DNA from: Microcoleus sp. | GTDB lineage: Bacteria; Cyanobacteriota; Cyanobacteriia; Cyanobacteriales; Microcoleaceae | Direction: 5' to 3' | DNA: 64,000 nucleotides | NCBI GenBank assembly: GCA_042408215.1 | Contig: JAYFMW010000020.1 | Location: 96,001-160,000 of the forward strand | Shown here: one piece after another, positions 32,794 to 44,918 of the stretch | How the letters are laid out: each line of letters opens with the position of its first letter | How positions within the stretch are numbered: the stretch's first letter is position 1 | Notes under the pieces: model-generated | What the model saw: the letters and a program-made list of their open reading frames with translations, nothing else | Told to the model about the DNA's origin: nothing | Databases searched by the model: none | Translations under genes and position numbers: made by a program

Positions 32794-34215
32794 ATGGTAC
32801 ATCCCTCGACAGCAGAAGGCTTAGCCTCCAATCCATCCTTAGTTAAGCAACTCCTAGTTGTGGCAGCAGTAGCAACCCTGGCGGCTGGGGGAACTACAGG
32901 CTACGCGGTGTGGCGATCGCACATTCCCGATCCCAATGCAGCAACGATAGCAGCAGCGGCCACAGCATCGCAATTAACCACAGTGACAGCCTTGGGGAGA
33001 CTGGAACCCAAGGGAGAAGTCATCAAAGTATCGGCCTCTGGTTCCGCCGAAGGAAGCCGGATCGATCGGCTTTTGGTGAAAGAAGGAGATCGGGTAAACA
33101 CAGGCCAAGCGATCGCAATTCTCGACAGTCGCGATCGCCTCTCGGCGGCCTTCGACCAAGCTCAAGAACAAGTGCGCGTCGCCCAGGCGAATCTAGCCAA
33201 AGTTAAAGCTGGAGCCAAAAATGGCGAAATTCAAGCCCAGAAAGCCACCATTGGCCGTTTAGAAGCCGATCGCAGTCACGAAATCGCAGCGCAACAGGCG
33301 ATCGTTGCTCGCTTATCTGTCGATCGCAGTACCGAAATTGCAGCGCAACAAGCGACAATTGCTCGCATCAGGGCCGAACAGCTTGGGGAAATTCAAACCC
33401 AACAAGCCACAATTGCTCGTCTACAAGCTGAACTTCGCAACGCTAGCAGTGAGTATCAGCGGTACTCGCAACTGTATCAAGAAGGAGCAATCTCTGCTTC
33501 CACCAGCGACAGCAAAAAACTAGCCGCAGAAACAGCCCAACAACAACTCAACGAAGGAAAGGCCAAACTCAATCAAATTCAGCAATCTCGCCAACAACAG
33601 ATTAATGAAGCCCAAGCCAAACTGAATCAAATTCAGCAATCTCGACACCAGCAGATTAATGAAGCCCAAGCTAAACTCAGCCAAATTCAGGAATCTCGAT
33701 ACCAGCAAATCGACGAAGCCAAAGCAAATCTCGATCGCATTTCCGAAGTGCGCCCCGTTGATGTGGAAGCCGCCAGCGCCGAAGTCGGTTCCGCCGCTTC
33801 CGCCGCCAAACAAGCCAAAGCCAATCTGGATTTAGCATACATCCGCGCACCGAGAGACGCGCAAGTTCTGAAAATTCACACCTATCCGGGGGAACGGGTG
33901 GGGAATGATGGCATTATTGAACTGGGACAAACTCGCGAGATGTTGGCTGTTGCTGAAATTTACCAAAGTGATGTGGACAAGGTACGCCTTGGACAGCAGG
34001 CCAAAATTACTAGCGATTCTTTCCAGGGGGAATTGCTGGGAAATGTCGAATACATTGGCTTACAAGTGCTGCGGCAAAACATTGTTAATACTGATCCTTC
34101 TGCTAATATTGACGCTCGAGTTGTGGAGGTGAAGGTGCGTTTGGATGCTGTTTCTAGTCGGAAAGTCGCGGGTTTGACTAATTTGCAAGTGAAGGTGGCG
34201 ATCGGCGGAAGTTAA
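32794..34215 (+). CDS. devB: ABC exporter membrane fusion protein, DevB family
   Basis: VTALGRLEP, LLVKEGD, AEIYQSD, DARVVEVKVRL and LTNLQV, with long coiled-coil repeats. Confidence 0.92.
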   Translation: MVHPSTAEGLASNPSLVKQLLVVAAVATLAAGGTTGYAVWRSHIPDPNAATIAAAATASQLTTVTALGRLEPKGEVIKVSASGSAEGSRIDRLLVKEGDRVNTGQAIAILDSRDRLSAAFDQAQEQVRVAQANLAKVKAGAKNGEIQAQKATIGRLEADRSHEIAAQQAIVARLSVDRSTEIAAQQATIARIRAEQLGEIQTQQATIARLQAELRNASSEYQRYSQLYQEGAISASTSDSKKLAAETAQQQLNEGKAKLNQIQQSRQQQINEAQAKLNQIQQSRHQQINEAQAKLSQIQESRYQQIDEAKANLDRISEVRPVDVEAASAEVGSAASAAKQAKANLDLAYIRAPRDAQVLKIHTYPGERVGNDGIIELGQTREMLAVAEIYQSDVDKVRLGQQAKITSDSFQGELLGNVEYIGLQVLRQNIVNTDPSANIDARVVEVKVRLDAVSSRKVAGLTNLQVKVAIGGS

Positions 34216-34371
34216 GGATTAAGATTTTTTTAACCACAGAGAGCGCAGAGGACGCAGAGGAAGAGAATGGAGAGATGTATCATTCTGATTTAATTATTAA
34301 AGATTAAGAATTGTTCCCACATCAGGTTGCTGTCTTTAATCCAAAATCTCAAATCTAAAATCTAAAATAGT

Positions 34372-35556
34372 ATGCTCGGACTTATCAAACCATTACAACA
34401 GTTAAGGCGCAGAACTCCTCTCGGATGGCTGCAACTTAGTCACGACAAAGGGCGAATGGCCGTAGCTATAGCGGGAATTGCTTTTGCTGATGTTTTGATG
34501 TTCATGCAGTTGGGCTTCCAAAATGCGCTTTACACCAGCAATACGCGGCTGCACCAAACTTTGCAAGCTGACTTAGTTTTAATCAGCCCCCAAGGCCGGA
34601 ATTTGCTAAATTTGTCTTCTTTCCCTAGGCGCAGATTGTATCAGGCTATGAATGTACCGGGTGTGAAATCTGCCGAGCCGCTTTATGTCAAACTTGCTAA
34701 CTGGAAAGTTCCCGAAACTCGCCGCGAAACGTCCATTATGGTGGTGGGTTTTAATCCCGATCGCCCGGCGTTTGATCTCCCAGAAGTTAACCAAAATTTG
34801 AGCGCTATTAAATTGCCCGATACTGTGTTATTTGACCGAGCTGCAAGGGGAGATTATCAAAGAGCGATCGCCCAAATCAATCAGGGAAAATCTGTTAAAA
34901 CTGAGCTCGATCGACGCACCATTACGATCGGCGGCTTGTTTACAATTGGAGCATCTTTTGCCGCCGATGGAGCTTTAATTACCAGCGATCAAAATTACCT
35001 GCGCTTGTTTCCCAAACAAAATGCCGGGAGTGTTAATGCCGGATTAATTCAATTGCAAGCTGGTGCCGATCCTGTACAAGTCCAACAAGTTTTAAAAGCA
35101 TATTTGCCGCCGGATGTCAAGGTACTTACCAAACAAGAATTTATCGAGTTCGAGAAAAATTATTGGGCTACTAATACTGCGGTCGGCTTTGTGTTTAACT
35201 TAGGCGTAGCGATGGGTTTCGTTGTAGGAGTAATTATCGTTTACCAAGTCCTCTCAACCGATGTCAGCGACCACATGGCAGAATATGCTACTTTTAAAGC
35301 AATGGGCTACCGCAATATTTACTTGCTAGGCATCGTTTTTGAAGAAGCTTTAATTTTGTCAATTCTCGGTTTTCTGCCTGGAGTGGGAGTGTCTGTAGCA
35401 CTTTACACCTTAACTCGCAGAGCTACAAATCTGCCCATATACATGACACTAATGCGAGCAATTGTTGTGTTAACTTTGACTCTAATTATGTGCGGTATTT
35501 CGGGAACTATTGCTACTCGCAAACTTCAAGCAGCCGACCCCGCAGACATTTTTTAA
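34372..35556 (+). CDS. devC: ABC exporter permease, DevC family
   Basis: TPLGWLQL, GIAFADVLMFMQLGF, EYATFKAMGY and ADPADIF. Confidence 0.95.
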   Translation: MLGLIKPLQQLRRRTPLGWLQLSHDKGRMAVAIAGIAFADVLMFMQLGFQNALYTSNTRLHQTLQADLVLISPQGRNLLNLSSFPRRRLYQAMNVPGVKSAEPLYVKLANWKVPETRRETSIMVVGFNPDRPAFDLPEVNQNLSAIKLPDTVLFDRAARGDYQRAIAQINQGKSVKTELDRRTITIGGLFTIGASFAADGALITSDQNYLRLFPKQNAGSVNAGLIQLQAGADPVQVQQVLKAYLPPDVKVLTKQEFIEFEKNYWATNTAVGFVFNLGVAMGFVVGVIIVYQVLSTDVSDHMAEYATFKAMGYRNIYLLGIVFEEALILSILGFLPGVGVSVALYTLTRRATNLPIYMTLMRAIVVLTLTLIMCGISGTIATRKLQAADPADIF

Positions 35557-35567
35557 TCGGGTTCCTA

Positions 35568-35720
35568 AAGCCGAAAATTCGCCTATATGTGCAGATTTGT
35601 ACTCACTCCAATCATAACACCTAACTCCTCCCCTGTCAAGAGGTTTTTGAGAATTGTTCCATGATTATTTTGAGTGATTGCTAACTGGCTAAAGCTCAAA
35701 CCTCCGGTTAGTGCGATCGC
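35568..35720 (-). pseudogene. Degenerate orphan RTX C-terminus (paralog of 22258-22458)
   Basis: Aligns by eye with about 22261-22413 (CTAACTGGCTAAAGCTCAAACCTCCGGTTAGTGCGATC). Confidence 0.7.
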
Positions 35721-35736
35721 CTCCATTTTCGGGCTT

Positions 35737-35902
35737 ATACCAGTTTTTTATGAGGCCCCGTAGAATCTGATCCCCCCTAACCCCCCTTAATAAGGGGGGA
35801 ACAAGATTCTGCTCTTTCGTCACCCCCTACTCACACCCTACTCCCTTATTAAGGGGGATTTAGGGGGATCAGATTCTATGCAACGACCCATTAAATTGGT
35901 AT
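35737..35902. mobile_element. Short TIR element, family B, copy 2
   Basis: Near-identical to 22459-22625 and in the same flanking context, so it was copied with the cassette. Confidence 0.65.
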
Positions 35903-35929
35903 TAGCGTATAGTCTCTTCCCCAGCAATC

Positions 35930-38900
35930 TTACAAGAAAGAGCCACTATTAAGAGCTGTTTGATTCACATTATAAACCACTCCCAAGTAGTTATTCCCAG
36001 ACTTAATCGCCGTTGATGCTACAGCAGTTGCACCATCTAAGATGACATTAACTGACTCAAAGGTTAGTTGACTGAAAGTGACACCAATCAACTTGATTTT
36101 ATCGTCGGAAGTGAAGTCAGCGATCGCATCAGCTTGAGATGGGTTAGTAGCCGTATATTGTAACACAAAGGTATCCTTTCCTGCACCACCGGTGAGCACA
36201 TCGAAACCTCGATCGCCCCACAATTCATCATCGCCATTCCCACCTATCAAAACATCATTTTCCTTACCCCCGCGTAAGAGATCGTTACCCTCGCCACCAG
36301 TGACAGTATCGTTGTCATTATTTCCACTCAAGAAGTCATTCCCATTACCACCAGACAATTGATCCGATTTTTTCCCCCCAAACAAGTTGTCGTTACCATC
36401 ACCGCCATCAATGGTATCAGCGCCTTCGTTACCATAGATGATGTCATTCTCGGCACTTCCCGTCAATTTATCATTACCTGATAAGCCGAATATAGGTTTA
36501 CCAAATGCTGATTGTGGGATACTGGTGTCATCATTATCACTCAGTAGATATTGGTTATCTACCACTTGATTTTGTGGGAAATTAGTTGGTTCACCGCGAT
36601 CGATATTACCGACTGATGGTGTGTTAATTGCGATCGCCGTGGGTGTTACCGATGGTGTCGGTGTTACCAATGGAATTGGTGTCGGTTGCGGTGTTACCGA
36701 TGGAGTTGGTGTTACCGATGGTGTTGGTGTTACCGATGGTGTTGGTGTTACCGATGGTGTTGGTGTTACCGGTGGTGTTGGTGTAGTATTTGTATTGACT
36801 ACCCCCACATCCGTCACATCAAAGCCACTGTATTTAGCATCGGTAGAAGTCGCACTCCCTGTGATAATTTGATAAGCAATATCACCATCAAATACGGTAT
36901 CATCTACTCCTGTTACTGTGACTGTTTGTGCTACATTCCAGTCGATCGGTGTGAAAGTAACAGTTGATTTATCTACAATACCTTCGGTAGTTTTGCTGCT
37001 AGTTAATGGAATGGTGACATCGGCTGTTGGCTGAGTGTTTAGCTTGACAGTAAATGTGGCTGTTCCACCCGCTTCTGTGGTGGTTAATCCGGTGGTTGGG
37101 CTGACTGTGATTCCAGCAGTTTCGTTGTCGGTGTTGGTGACAGCTACATCGGCTGGTTTGAGATTTTTGTAGTTGGTATCTGTCGTAGTTGTGTCAGCCG
37201 TCGTCAGAATTTGATAGGCTTGATTTCCGTCAGCAATTGAGTCATCTACTCCTGTTACTGTGACTGTTTGTGCTACATTCCAGTCGGTCGGTGTGAAAGT
37301 AACAGTTGATTTATCTACAGTACCTTCAGCGGTGTTACTGCTAGTTAATGGAATGGTGACATCGGCTGTGGGTTGCGTGTTTAACTTGACAGTAAATGTA
37401 GCTGTTCCGCCTGCTTCAGTTGTGGTTAATCCGGTGGTTGGGCTGACTGTGATTCCAGCAGTTTCGTTGTCGGTGTTGGTGACAGCTACATCGGCTGGTT
37501 TGAGATTTTTGTAGTTGGTATCTGTGGTAGTTGTATCAGCCGTCGTGAGAATTTGATAGGCTTGATTTCCGTCAGCAATTGAGTCATCTACTCCTGTTAC
37601 TGTGACTGTTTGGGGAGTATTCCAGTTAGCATTCGTGAAGGTGACACTGTTTTTATCTACAATACCTTCGGTAGTTTTGCTGCTAGTTAATGGAATGGTG
37701 ACATCGGCTGTTGGTTGCGTGTTTAGCTTGACAGTAAATGTGGCTGTTCCGCCTGCTTCTGTGGTGGTTAATCCGGTGGTTGGGCTGACTGTGATTCCAG
37801 CAGTTTCGTTGTCGGTGTTGGTGACAGCTACATCGGCTGGTTTGAGATTTTTGTAGTTGGTATCTGTGGTAGTTGTGTCAGCCGTCGTCAGAATTTGATA
37901 GGCTTGATTTCCGTCAGCAATTGAGTCATCTACTCCTGTTACTGTGACTGTTTGTGCTACATTCCAGTTATTAGGTGTGAAAGTAACAGTTGATTTATCT
38001 ACAGTTCCTTCGGTAGTTTTGCTGCTAGTTAATGGAATGGTGACATCGGCTGTTGGTTGCGTGTTTAGCTTGACAGTAAATGTAGCTGTTCCACCCGCTT
38101 CAGTTGTGGTTAATCCGGTGGTTGGGCTGACTGTGATTCCAGCAGTTTCGTTGTCGGTGTTGGTGACAGCTACATCGGCTGGTTTGAGATTTTTGTAGTT
38201 GGTATCTGTGGTAGTTGTGTCAGCCGTCGTCAGAATTTGATAGGCTTGATTTCCGTCAGCAATTGAGTCATCTACTCCTGTTACTGTGACTGTTTGTGCT
38301 ACATTCCAGTCGGTCGGTGTGAAAGTAACAGTTGATTTATCTACAGTTCCTTCGGTAGTTTTGCTGCTAGTTAATGGAATGGTGACATCGGCTGTTGGCT
38401 GAGTGTTTAACTTGACAGTAAATGTAGCTGTTCCACCCGCTTCAGTTGTGGTTAATCCGGTGGTTGGGCTGACTGTGATTCCAGCAGTTTCGTTGTCGGT
38501 GTTGGTGACAGCTACATCGGCTGGTTTGAGATTTTTGTAGTTGGTATCTGTGGTAGTTGTGTCAGCCGTCGTCAGAATTTGATAGGCTTGATTTCCGTCA
38601 GCAATTGAGTCATCTACTCCTGTTACTGTGACTGTTTGTGCTACATTCCAGTTATTAGGTGTGAAAGTAACAGTTGATTTATCTACAGTTCCTTCGGTAG
38701 TTTTGCTGCTAGTTAATGGAATGGTGACATCGGCTGTTGGTTGCGTGTTTAGCTTGACAGTAAATGTAGCTGTTCCACCCGCTTCAGTTGTGGTTAATCC
38801 GGTGGTTGGGCTGACTGTGATTCCAGCAGTTTCGTTGTCGGTGTTGGTGACAGCTACATCGGCTGGTTTGAGATTTTTGTAGTTGGTATCTGTGGTAGTT

Positions 38901-41900
38901 GTGTCAGCCGTCGTCAGAATTTGATAGGCTTGATTTCCGTCAGCAATTGAGTCATCTACTCCTGTTACTGTGACTGTTTGTGCTACATTCCAGTTAGTCG
39001 GTGTGAAAGTAACAGTTGATTTATCTACAGTTCCTTCGGTAGTTTTGCTGCTAGTTAATGGAATGGTGACATCGGCTGTTGGTTGCGTGTTTAGCTTGAC
39101 AGTAAATGTAGCTGTTCCACCCGCTTCAGTTGTGGTTAATCCGGTGGTTGGGCTGACTGTGATTCCAGCAGTTTCGTTGTCGGTGTTGGTGACAGCTACA
39201 TCGGCTGGTTTGAGATTTTTGTAGTTGGTATCTGTGGTAGTTGTGTCAGCCGTCGTCAGAATTTGATAGGCTTGATTTCCGTCAGCAATTGAGTCATCTA
39301 CTCCTGTTACTGTGACTGTTTGTGCTACATTCCAGTTAGCATTGGTGAAGGTGACAGTTGATTTATCTACAATACCTTCGGTAGTTTTGCTGCTAGTTAA
39401 TGGAATGGTGACATCGGCTGTTGGTTGCGTGTTTAGCTTGACAGTAAATGTGGCTGTTCCACCCGCTTCAGTTGTGGTTAATCCGGTGGTTGGGCTGACT
39501 GTGATTCCAGCAGTTTCGTTGTCGGTGTTGGTGACAGCTACATCGGCTGGTTTGAGATTTTTGTAGTTGGTATCTGTGGTAGTTGTGTCAGCCGTCGTCA
39601 GAATTTGATAGGCTTGATTTCCGTCAGCAATTGAGTCATCTACTCCTGTTACTGTGACTGTTTGTGCTACATTCCAGTTATTAGGTGTGAAAGTAACAGT
39701 TGATTTATCTACAGTTCCTTCGGTAGTTTTGCTGCTAGTTAATGGAATGGTGACATCGGCTGTTGGTTGCGTGTTTAGCTTGACAGTAAATGTAGCTGTT
39801 CCACCCGCTTCAGTTGTGGTTAATCCGGTGGTTGGGCTGACTGTGATTCCAGCAGTTTCGTTGTCGGTGTTGGTGACAGCTACATCGGCTGGTTTGAGAT
39901 TTTTGTAGTTGGTATCTGTGGTAGTTGTGTCAGCCGTCGTCAGAATTTGATAGGCTTGATTTCCGTCAGCAATTGAGTCATCTACTCCTGTTACTGTGAC
40001 TGTTTGTGCTACATTCCAGTCGGTCGGTGTGAAAGTAACAGTTGATTTATCTACAGTTCCTTCGCGTAGTTTTGCTGCTAGTTAATGGAATGGTGACATC
40101 GGCTGTTGGTTGCGTGTTTAACTTGACAGTAAATGTAGCTGTTCCGCCCGCTTCAGTTGTGGTTAATCCGGTGGTTGGGCTGACTGTGATTCCAGCAGTT
40201 TCGTTGTCGGTGTTGGTGACAGCTACATCGGCTGGTTTGAGATTTTTGTAGTTGGTATCTGTGGTAGTTGTGTCAGCCGTCGTCAGAATTTGATAGGCTT
40301 GATTTCCGTCAGCAATTGAGTCATCTACTCCTGTTACTGTGACTGTTTGTGCTACATTCCAGTTAGTCGGTGTGAAAGTAACAGTTGATTTATCTACAGT
40401 TCCTTCGGTAGTTTTGCTGCTAGTTAATGGAATGGTGACATCGGCTGTTGGTTGCGTGTTTAGCTTGACAGTAAATGTAGCTGTTCCACCCGCTTCAGTT
40501 GTGGTTAATCCGGTGGTTGGGCTGACTGTGATTCCAGCAGTTTCGTTGTCGGTGTTGGTGACAGCTACATCGGCTGGTTTGAGATTTTTGTAGTTGGTAT
40601 CTGTGGTAGTTGTGTCAGCCGTCGTCAGAATTTGATAGGCTTGATTTCCGTCAGCAATTGAGTCATCTACTCCTGTTACTGTGACTGTTTGTGCTACATT
40701 CCAGTCGGTCGGTGTGAAAGTAACAGTTGATTTATCTACAATACCTTCGGTAGTTTTGCTGCTAGTTAATGGAATGGTGACATCGGCTGTTGGTTGCGTG
40801 TTTAACTTGACAGTAAATGTAGCTGTTCCACCCGCTTCAGTTGTGGTTAATCCGGTGGTTGGGCTGACTGTGATTCCAGCAGTTTCGTTGTCGGTGTTGG
40901 TGACAGCTACATCGGCTGGTTTGAGATTTTTGTAGTTGGTATCTGTGGTAGTTGTGTCAGCCGTCGTCAGAATTTGATAGGCTTGATTTCCGTCAGCAAT
41001 TGAGTCATCTACTCCTGTTACTGTGACTGTTTGTGCTACATTCCAGTTATTAGGTGTGAAAGTAACAGTTGATTTATCTACAATACCTTCGGTAGTTTTG
41101 CTGCTAGTTAATGGAATGGTGACATCGGCTGTTGGTTGCGTGTTTAGCTTGACAGTAAATGTAGCTGTTCCACCCGCTTCAGTTGTGGTTAATCCGGTGG
41201 TTGGGCTGACTGTGATTCCAGCAGTTTCGTTGTCGGTGTTGGTGACAGCTACATCGGCTGGTTTGAGATTTTTGTAGTTGGTATCTGTGGTAGTTGTGTC
41301 AGCCGTCGTCAGAATTTGATAGGCTTGATTTCCGTCAGCAATTGAGTCATCTACTCCTGTTACTGTGACTGTTTGTGCTACATTCCAGTTAGCATTGGTG
41401 AAGGTGACAGTTGATTTATCTACAATACCTTCGGTAGTTTTGCTGCTAGTTAATGGAATGGTGACATCGGCTGTTGGTTGCGTGTTTAGCTTGACAGTAA
41501 ATGTGGCTGTTCCACCCGCTTCAGTTGTGGTTAATCCGGTGGTTGGGCTGACTGTGATTCCAGCAGTTTCGTTGTCGCTAATTATTACACTTTGGTTTAG
41601 GGTATTTCCTAATGCGATTCCTGTGGACTGGTTGCTAATTATTAAAGTAGCGGTTTCCGTACCTTCGGCAAGTAAATCATCATTAACTGTAATGGTTACT
41701 TGTCCTGTATTACTACCATTTGGGATGGTTATTTGAGTGGTAATAGCACCAGTAAAATCAGCCGCATTCGCAGTACCAGTTAATGCTAAATCAATGGTTT
41801 GATTGCCGACGACATTACCTTCAGCAGTGGCGGTAAAGGTAATAGCTGTTGTCCCGGCTTCACTAGCAGTAGTTGTGCTGGCACTGAGGTTAACTTTCGG

Positions 41901-44663
41901 TGCGGGAACGGTGATATTAAAGGTAGCTGTGTTGGAAAGGTCAACACCAGTATTGGCTATACCACCGTCATCTTGCAGTTGCACGCTAACGGTGGCAGTA
42001 CCGGGTTTACCACTGGGAGTGTAAGTCAGCGTGCCATTGGTTGCTACACTGGGTTGAGCGGTAAATAAGGTATTGTCGGTGTTAGTAACGGTGTAGTTGC
42101 TAACTGTTTGAGTTGATTCATTCGCTGGGCCGAAGATAACAGTATTTGCCCAGCCGCTAACTGTTTGAATTGTGTTTGTCCATGATGTTAGGGTTTGATT
42201 GCTTAAGTTACTGAAACTGGGTTTGTCGTTGACTGGATTGACAGTGATGGTGAGGGTTTGGGTGGCGGAGGTATCAACACCTGGAGTGCCGCCACTGTCT
42301 TTTACTGTCACATCAAAGGTGGAGGTGCCGTTAGCATCAGCCGCAGGAGTGTAGGTGAGTTGACCGTTAGCATCTACGGCCGGCCCTGTCGCAAATAAGC
42401 TGGGGTTGCCGATATTGGTAACAGTGTATGTCGCTGTTTGCGTGGCTTCATCCGTACCCCCTCCTCGATTAAAGGTCGCCCAACCCGCTACTGTTTGTAC
42501 CCCAGCGTCTTCGTTGACTGTTGGGTTGGTGGCGGTGAAACTGGGAATGTCGTTGACGGGGGTAACGGTGATGGCGGCGGTGTCGGTGGCGACGCTGAAA
42601 GCCGTATTACCGCCGTTGGTAGTGGTGTCTGCGGTGCTGCCGTTAGTGCCTGTCATTTGATCCCAGGCGCGGAAGGTGATGCCGTTGGTGATAGCACCGT
42701 TGTAGTTGGCGTTGGGTTGGAAGTAAATGCGGGTACTGCCATTAGCCGCAAGTAAGCGGGCACTGGTAGTGGATACTGCGCCCAATGCGTTCCAGTTAGT
42801 ACCGCCATCCGTGGTATAAAACCAACTGCCATTAGTTGTGTTGGCGGCGGTGATGGCGAGGCCTGCTACTGGGCCGATGTCGGGATCTGTGATGTTATTT
42901 TGACCTGTACCGATGGCCGTAATGGCAGAGATCAGGGTGCCGACAGCGCCGATGGGAGTACCGGAGTCTTCGAGGATATTGCTGAGAGTGACAACGGTAT
43001 CGGCGAGGACGGGAGCGGTGTTGATGCTGCCGTAGACATCTTCATTGTCCTGAGTTCGTCCTTGACCGTTGGTAGGGGTGTTGCCAGTAGCGTTAGCGCT
43101 GTTGTTGCCGATGAAAGTTGCTCCTAATGATGTGACCAAGGGTACGGTGGTTGGCATTTGAAGGTTGTTGCCATTGGTGTTAGTAGTGGAGGCCATAACA
43201 AATATTGCGCCACCCTTGCCTTGGCCAGGATTGAGACCCGTGCCACCTGTGGTTGAGTTATTAGTAAGGGCGGTATTATTCAGAATTAAAGAGCCACTGC
43301 GGATGAATATGGCACCCCCTAAGCCAGCACCACCGCCACCCAGTTGGCTAGCCCCACCGCCAGCCCCACCGCCAAAGCCAGCAGCACCAGCCCCGAAAGT
43401 GCCTGATCCTCCACCGCCACCATAACCGCCCTTACCTGCGGAAGCGTTTCTTGCGCCACCGCCGCCACCACCAAAACCCCCAGCGCCGGCACTACCACCG
43501 CCGTACTTACCACCACCACCACCACCAAAACCCCCAGCGCCGGCACTACCACCGCCACCACCACCTGTCCCACTAGCACCAGCGGCTCCGCCAGCGCCAC
43601 CGAATGCCCCGCCAGAGCCACCGACAGAGCCAATACCGTTGCCGCCGAAGCCACCGCCGCCTCCGTTGTTGACGGAGACACCGGCACCGAACATCCCGCC
43701 ACCGCCTCCGCCAGAGTAGGTCCCGACACCATTCCCACCGATCGCCTGATTGTTGGAGAAGGTCACATTATTCAGGCTCACCGTACCGTTATAGATAAAG
43801 AGTCCGCCCCCCATACCAGCACCACCGGCAGCCCGATTGCCCCCATTACCACCTTGGGCGCGGCCTCCAGCTATAGTCATGTTGGAGAAACTAACGGTTC
43901 CCGACTTCACAAAGAAGGGGCGAACATCACCCGCGTTATTTGTAGCGCTATTATCCGCATCCCCGCTCAGGCTAAAACCGCCACCGATAAAGCTGATATT
44001 GCTGTCAATTAGAACCTGGGGAGCGGCTGTAAATCGGACATTAGTAGTAAGGGTAATAGTGTCATCACCGGCTGCGGCATTCGCATCTAAAATGGCTTTG
44101 CTCAATGTGCCGGCTACAGTGCCGGTGCCATCATCGGTGGCAACCGTTACATCGTAATTCGCCAGTGTATAGTCATAATCTGCCATCGCCTCCTGATTAA
44201 AGGGCACGGCGGCTTCTATTTGGCCAGTTGCTATTTCTAAATCCCAGTCGCCACCCTTAGCTTGATTCCCGGTTTTATTAGTAGAGGAGGCAATATCAGC
44301 ACCCGTTAATTGATGCAGATTTTGGATAAATTGTGGTCCCGTTTGTCCCGCGCCGACATCGCAACCATAGAGGAGGATATCCCCATTTTTAGTTAAGGCT
44401 TTACCCCACTGTTGAATTTTATTACTAAATTGCGCTAAATCCTGATTATTAAGGGTATCTGAACCTAGTTTTAAACTACCTTCGCTCCCGTGAGAAAGGA
44501 TATGAATTGCTTCAATATCTTTTTCTCCTGCCAAGGCTTTTGTAATTTGATCGATGGCGCTAAAATTTTCATTTTAAATGAAAATTTTAGCGCCATCGGC
44601 GTTTTTGATAAGGCTTTGATAATCTTGTACTGAGGAGTCTACGAAAATAATTTGCTTGTTCAT
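35930..44663 (-). CDS. Giant secreted DUF4347 / Gly-rich / cadherin-like / 14x114-aa repeat / RTX adhesin-like protein (~2910 aa), with TAA at codon 30 and a +1 insertion at ~40065
   Basis: ATG 44663 (MNKQIIFVDSSVQDY) is in frame with ORF 40047-44534. An extra C in one repeat (TTCGCGTAG vs TTCGGTAG) joins it to 35930-36817. Confidence 0.9.
36790..41578 (-). repeat. About 14 tandem 342-bp coding repeats (Calx-beta/Ig-like, Thr-rich)
   Basis: Antisense ORFs recur with an exact 342-bp period (343 across the insertion). The last copy is divergent. Confidence 0.95.
44552..44598. repeat. Perfect 23+1+23 bp palindrome centred on codon 30 (TAA)
   Basis: CGATGGCGCTAAAATTTTCATTT-T-AAATGAAAATTTTAGCGCCATCG. 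Confidence 0.95.
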
Positions 44664-44918
44664 GTTGGGTACGTTCATAATTGCTGAAATTCTTGATATC
44701 TATCGTTTACATTCAAGTCCGGCTCTTGTTGAAACCCCCGCCTCAAAGCTTAATATCAAATCCGGTGGTATTGGAATTGATATTGCCCACAGTCAGGAAA
44801 CGGCAATGCCGTGTCCCTACAATTAATCGGGCGATGGTTACATCCGAAGGAGGACTAATGATTATTTGGGGGTAGGGAAACGGCATTGCCGTGTCCGATA
44901 TTGCTCAGGTTTTACGGT

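Noticed and set aside
36790..41578. Possible CRISPR array or DGR template/variable repeats
   Set aside because: Units are contiguous, in-frame 342-bp repeats without unique spacers. There is no cas or reverse transcriptase gene, and the variation is not adenine-specific.
37260..41736. Series of near-identical 84-aa plus-strand ORFs
   Set aside because: Antisense shadows of the 342-bp coding repeat on the minus strand.
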